Assembly: GCA_048938855.1 (NCBI GenBank)
Contig: JBHLLT010000004.1
Coordinates: forward strand, 96,001-160,000
Length of the DNA: 64,000 nucleotides
Direction: 5' to 3'
From: Promethearchaeota archaeon
Lineage (GTDB): Archaea > Asgardarchaeota > Lokiarchaeia > Sigyniarchaeales > SOKP01
Position numbers and translations under genes: made by a program
Part shown: positions 59,546 through 64,000 of the stretch, one piece after another
Position numbering within the stretch: position 1 is the stretch's first letter
Layout of the letters: each line of letters begins with the position of its first letter
Notes under the pieces: model-generated
What the model was told of the DNA's origin: nothing
Seen by the model: the letters and a program-made list of their open reading frames with translations, nothing else
Databases searched by the model: none

Positions 59546-59855
59546 TTGGGCACCTTGGGCAACGCCTGAATCCCCTTGCTGGGAGGACAACAAAATGCTC
59601 ATAGTTGAAATTGCCTGAATTAAGAATTCATGAGTGCTATTATCCAATCTTGTGTTCCGTCGAAGCACTCCCCATAATGGTAGGTATCAGAACAGTACCT
59701 TTTGTAGGAAAGGTATAAGTCCCTAATTAGAAAACCGGACAGGTCCGGGAGGAAGCATCCGTAACTATAGGTATTTACGCTTTATGGTAAGGGTGTGGAG
59801 GGGCATGAGATCTTATGGTCATAATAGTAGGATTGATATCGAGGTTCAGGACTTT
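59546..59855 (+). ncRNA. ffs: signal recognition particle (7S) RNA
   Basis: Helix 8 CAGGUCC-GGGA-GGAAGCA, helix 6 UACCUUUU-GUAG-GAAAGGUA, Alu-like 5' end GCCUGAAUCCC...GGGAGG; GC-richer than its flanks; ends approximate. Confidence 0.9.
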
Positions 59856-60072
59856 CTAATTTTAATTATCTTTTCTTATTATGTTAATAGACTATAAATG
59901 GATTTTGAATAATTAATGATAAAAAAAAATATATAGAATTGAGGAATGTTGGTTTAGGTGTGGTCATTCGAAAAGCCATTTATCTAAACTAGTTCCTCTA
60001 CATTTCTATAATGTTAACTAAAAGTTTTTTTCCTGTTTTATGCCATAGGACTTACACTTGTTTTTACCCTTT

Positions 60073-60696
60073 TTAGTGGAAAAAGACTAATTCTACAGGC
60101 CACAAGCCAGGATAAAATGGGTGCCCCTCTGGTTTAGTAAGACCGACCTGATTCACTTTTACGTTCGCAGTGTCCCCCGCACTGAAACCAAATGCGTCAA
60201 CTAGAAATGTTCCTGTACCACTCCCAGTCAAATGCGAATATGGAGCTTCACCGGCACCATAAAACCATACATCAATAAGATTTGGGACAGGTCCCCCCAT
60301 TTCACCCTCAACAATTACGATGCATGTGAAAGAGTAGTCCATTTCACCTTCAAATACAAATGGATTAACACCATAATCACCGACCAACATATAGGCACCT
60401 TTTACATGTAAATTAATCCTATACATAATTCGTCCATCTTTCAGGTCTCTCTCGAGTACAGAACCATGATGTTCGCAATCCGAGATTAAATTTGTGCCTG
60501 GAGGAGTTACATAAAATCCATGAGGGAAAATGATTAAATTAGTTTCGGGATCCACCCAAGCTGCTACACCAGTGTAATCGTTAGTGTCTACAAAGTCCGA
60601 AATTGGTCTAGAATTTGCTGTTCCTAATACTGCTGGCATAAAACTTAACATACAAATTCCCAAAGTTGCTAGTAGAAATATTTTTGTTTTTTTCAT
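60073..60696 (-). CDS. secreted hypothetical protein
   Basis: Signal peptide MKKTKIFLLATLG; GC content higher than neighbours. Confidence 0.75.
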   Translation of the reverse strand: MKKTKIFLLATLGICMLSFMPAVLGTANSRPISDFVDTNDYTGVAAWVDPETNLIIFPHGFYVTPPGTNLISDCEHHGSVLERDLKDGRIMYRINLHVKGAYMLVGDYGVNPFVFEGEMDYSFTCIVIVEGEMGGPVPNLIDVWFYGAGEAPYSHLTGSGTGTFLVDAFGFSAGDTANVKVNQVGLTKPEGHPFYPGLWPVELVFFH

Positions 60697-61050
60697 TTTT
60701 ATCAAACCTCTTTTCAAATTCAATTTATCAATTTTAGAAAATGATCATTTCTTAAGGATCAAAATATGATAGATGAATAATTTTTCAATTAGACTCCGCA
60801 TCCTTAATCGTTATTAAGAAATGATCAAATTAACAAAGATTTAACATAATATTTAACTTTATTGTCGTAAATTTAATTTGTAAAAAAGCTAACCTCGTTT
60901 ATCCTTTTATTTTTTTATTTTTTTTTTTCAAGTTTGTAATAGATCTTGATATTTTTATGGGAGCTATTTTAGACACAAAATTGTAAAAAATAAATAGGAT
61001 TGAAATATGTTTTTACTTATAAAAAAAATTTTAGAAATCCTAATAGTCAA

Positions 61051-62850
61051 ATGGAAAGGAAAGATTTAACTATAATCATATTAGCCATTGTTTTAATTTT
61101 CTCTAGTATTGGGAATGGTATTTTAGCTTTTATATTTACTAGAATAGATAATAAAGAATACGGAGAAATTATTAAAGTAGTAAGCAGAAAAAATCCTTTT
61201 ACTATGGATCCTTGTAATTCTTGGGATAGCAATTCAAATAATGTATTTAATCAAGTACTAGAGACTTTACTTGCCTATGATTTAACTGACCCTAAGTTAC
61301 CTATTATAGGAAGACTTGCAGAATCCTGGGACTTTCAAAGTTCAAAATTCGGTACTAACATCACATTCCAGCTACGTGATGAAGTTTATTTTCATGATGG
61401 TTCAAAACTTACTGGAGAATGTGTTTTACATACTTTCGAAAGAATTAATTTCTTCGGTAATGCAACAGGAACCTTAGATCCCGATCTATATGTGATGGCT
61501 GCACCACATTCTCTTTATAAATTTCCTAATAAACCACCAGGGTTAACACCTATCTTTAATCATACCTTAAGTTTTATTAATCCTATGGATGAGTTAGAAG
61601 TTACACTAGTGTTGAATGCCCCATTTGCACCTGTTGAAGGGTTATTGGCTTATAGTGCAAGCTCAATTGTGCATCCTGATTCTACTCCAGCAGATAGAAT
61701 GTTGGTTCTCGGGAAAGATTTGGTCATTGGAACTGGCCCATTCAAATTGGTAAAATATGTTCCAAATTCAGAGGTTCGATTCTCTAGATGGGAAAGGTAT
61801 TGGAGGACGGGTGCATATTTTGATAGCATCGTGTATATCTATTATAGAAATGATGTCACAGCCAATAATGCTATGTTATCTGGAGATATCGACTGGCTAG
61901 GTCAGGGGATTGCCTCACTTAAAGCCCAATTTGAAGCTGATCCAGATATAACTGTGACTGGAGATGGAATCCATGCATACATTAATGATACTAAATATCA
62001 TTACATTGAATTTAACAATGAAATTATAAATGTTACATGGAGAAAGGCAATATCATATGCATTTAACTATAGCTATCTTATTAAAGAAATACAACAAGAT
62101 ACAGTTGTAAGGGCCCATTCTCTAGTACCCCCTGGGTTTCCCGCACATAATGCTTCAGTAAAAGCTGCTAATTATGATATACCTAAAGCAAGACAATATA
62201 TGCAGAAGATGGGTTATGGATATACTGCTGGAGTTCCTTGGCAAGTAGGCTCTCAATTGGGAGATAAATTTTTTCCTGGTAGTGATGAAAATCTCTGGAA
62301 AGCCGCAGAATTTATTCCTACAACTAACGCATCGGGATGGACATTACCCACAGCTAATTTTAGTAATAATGCTTTTAATTTTTGGCTGGAATTGGGGGAT
62401 CATTTCATGGAACTACTTATACAACGATTTACTGAAGATATGGATTTGATTGGAATTAAAATAATCCCACAATTATTATCATGGGATCAGTTATTAGATG
62501 TTGGGCTTAATCATCGTGAAAGACTCCATCTCTATTATATTTGGTGGGGCCCTGATTATTTTGAAACATTTAATATGATTGACCCTTTGGTTAATCCAGA
62601 TTCTTCAATGAACTTTGGAGGAATCAATGAGGCTGAAATAACAACACTCTTGGCTGTTACTGCTGCTGAAACAGATACTCTTCAAAGATATGAGTACTAT
62701 AAGAAACTCCAATATTTAATTCATGATAAATATTTCTGTCAAATACCTTTAATGTATTTTAAACTCTACCATGTCCATGCCTCAGATTTGAAAGGGTTCC
62801 CATATAACGTAATGAGACTTCATTACTGGTATTTATGCTATCGTGAATAG
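61051..62850 (+). CDS. ABC transporter substrate-binding protein, family 5 (Opp/Dpp)
   Basis: DP...VLETL, LAESW, LRDEVYFHDG, GTGPFKL, RKAISYA and WGPDY motifs. Confidence 0.92.
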   Translation: MERKDLTIIILAIVLIFSSIGNGILAFIFTRIDNKEYGEIIKVVSRKNPFTMDPCNSWDSNSNNVFNQVLETLLAYDLTDPKLPIIGRLAESWDFQSSKFGTNITFQLRDEVYFHDGSKLTGECVLHTFERINFFGNATGTLDPDLYVMAAPHSLYKFPNKPPGLTPIFNHTLSFINPMDELEVTLVLNAPFAPVEGLLAYSASSIVHPDSTPADRMLVLGKDLVIGTGPFKLVKYVPNSEVRFSRWERYWRTGAYFDSIVYIYYRNDVTANNAMLSGDIDWLGQGIASLKAQFEADPDITVTGDGIHAYINDTKYHYIEFNNEIINVTWRKAISYAFNYSYLIKEIQQDTVVRAHSLVPPGFPAHNASVKAANYDIPKARQYMQKMGYGYTAGVPWQVGSQLGDKFFPGSDENLWKAAEFIPTTNASGWTLPTANFSNNAFNFWLELGDHFMELLIQRFTEDMDLIGIKIIPQLLSWDQLLDVGLNHRERLHLYYIWWGPDYFETFNMIDPLVNPDSSMNFGGINEAEITTLLAVTAAETDTLQRYEYYKKLQYLIHDKYFCQIPLMYFKLYHVHASDLKGFPYNVMRLHYWYLCYRE

Positions 62851-62931
62851 TAAACAAGTGCAAATAAAGTGAAAATACCCTTGAATTACAGGGGAAATTA
62901 ATATAATTATAATTGTTGCCTTAAAATCATT

Positions 62932-63378
62932 TTAATTTTTCGGTTCTTTAAATAGGATATATTTGCAATGTCTATTATTAGAATTAAGAATACACTCCTT
63001 AATTTCAGCAGTGTATTTAAATTCGGGATGCGTAGAGTTTAGTATAGCTGCTGTGTATGGAATGCAAATTGTATTTTGAATAAGATCTGATTTATCAGGA
63101 TTATACTTACCACCTATAGGACAAAAGCGATTCGAATACTTAAGTGATATTTCTAAAGTATTATCATCTATGCTTGTTATGCTAGTTTTTGCGTTTAATA
63201 CAGCATAAATTCTTTTTAAAGTATTTTCTAAAACTGTAACTCCTTTTTTTTGCAAAATTTTTCCCAACTTTGCTCCTAAACTAGCTGAAATTGATTTAGG
63301 GAGGTTTGGACCGCCCACATCAATCATTTCTTTGATATATGCTTGAAAAAATTTTAAGGCATCTCTATTCTTTGACAT
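62932..63378 (-). CDS. MetOD1/V4R-like protein, paralog 1
   Basis: LGAKLG, FCPIGG, ICIPYT, C...C pattern; start moved to MSKNR. Confidence 0.7.
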   Translation of the reverse strand: MSKNRDALKFFQAYIKEMIDVGGPNLPKSISASLGAKLGKILQKKGVTVLENTLKRIYAVLNAKTSITSIDDNTLEISLKYSNRFCPIGGKYNPDKSDLIQNTICIPYTAAILNSTHPEFKYTAEIKECILNSNNRHCKYILFKEPKN

Positions 63379-63495
63379 TTTAATAATTAGATATGATAAT
63401 TGAAAATTAAGAATAATATAGTTAATTTTCAGCATTAAAGTATTTAAGAATTGCTAAGAAGATTATTTGTTTGTCAATAAATTTAATAAAATGTC

Positions 63496-63954
63496 TCATT
63501 GGCCTACATTACTCTTTTCATTGAGCTTAAGAATATAATGACAAGTTCTATGATTATTAAGCGGAATACAATTTAATATATCTTCTTTGAATGTATATTG
63601 AGGAAAAATCTCATTTAGGAAGCCTTTTGTGTAAGGAATGCAAATATTTTCTTGAAAGATTGGAGCTCGAGCTGGGTTATAAGAACCTCCAATCGGACAA
63701 AATCTATTAGGGTATTTTACAATGACTTCATAAGTGTTTTCATTTAATTGCTTTATCACTGGTTTCGCATTTATTACAGTATAAATTTGCCTTAATGCCA
63801 TACTAACCTCCTGAGTCAATCCTCTTTTTTTATATAATTTTCCCAATTTCGCTCCAGATTTTGCTGAAATGGCTTTTGGTAAATTACTTCCACCAATATC
63901 AATCATTTCTTTAATATAAGCTTGAAAAAACTTTAATGCGTCTTTAATGTTAAT
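63496..63954 (-). CDS. MetOD1/V4R-like protein, paralog 2 (apparent ATT start)
   Basis: DALKFFQAYIKEM is identical to paralog 1 and lies upstream of the ORF-track Met; GAGGAG site; in-frame TGA at 63961-63963. Confidence 0.72.
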   Translation of the reverse strand: MNIKDALKFFQAYIKEMIDIGGSNLPKAISAKSGAKLGKLYKKRGLTQEVSMALRQIYTVINAKPVIKQLNENTYEVIVKYPNRFCPIGGSYNPARAPIFQENICIPYTKGFLNEIFPQYTFKEDILNCIPLNNHRTCHYILKLNEKSNVGQ

Positions 63955-64000
63955 TACTCCTCAAAACATCATTAAACCCAAATTAATAAGAAAAAGGGAA

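Noticed and set aside
617-61232. Short 60-114 aa ORFs overlapping larger genes (e.g. 617-799, 2863-3078, 4596-4847, 17795-18079, 23752-24063, 32093-32356, 39647-39856, 47781-48125)
   Set aside because: Antisense shadows of well-supported genes with no motifs or expression signals

Overview
AT-rich archaeal DNA that looks like Asgard archaea, probably Lokiarchaeia: it has a longin-like protein, an MglA/roadblock pair, MetOD1/V4R-like proteins, an archaeal-type SRP RNA and eukaryote-like SECIS hairpins. Ordinary metabolic genes lie at both ends (glycogen phosphorylase, Dus, MtnA, PhzF, radical SAM, CDF transporter; SRP RNA, ABC substrate-binding protein). Between two co-oriented Ldh_2 paralogs is a ~45 kb block with extra copies of DNA-processing genes (RPA, FEN1, RadA, RadB-like, Hef, Hel308-like), a divergent TFB, a membrane VirB4/HerA-like protein with degenerate Walker motifs, pilin-like proteins and an MglAB module. 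Many of these genes share an unusual promoter, TTTTT(T/C)C-TTTAAATA. The main discovery is at 27.3-29.5 kb, a stretch the ORF track leaves largely empty. It holds five minus-strand genes for 67-74 aa two-helix membrane proteins, each with one in-frame TGA in the loop between the helices (codon 33-37). Three covarying AUGA/AAA/UGA SECIS-type hairpins follow them. This looks like an undescribed family of small membrane selenoproteins. All calls come from reading the sequence by eye; no searches were run.
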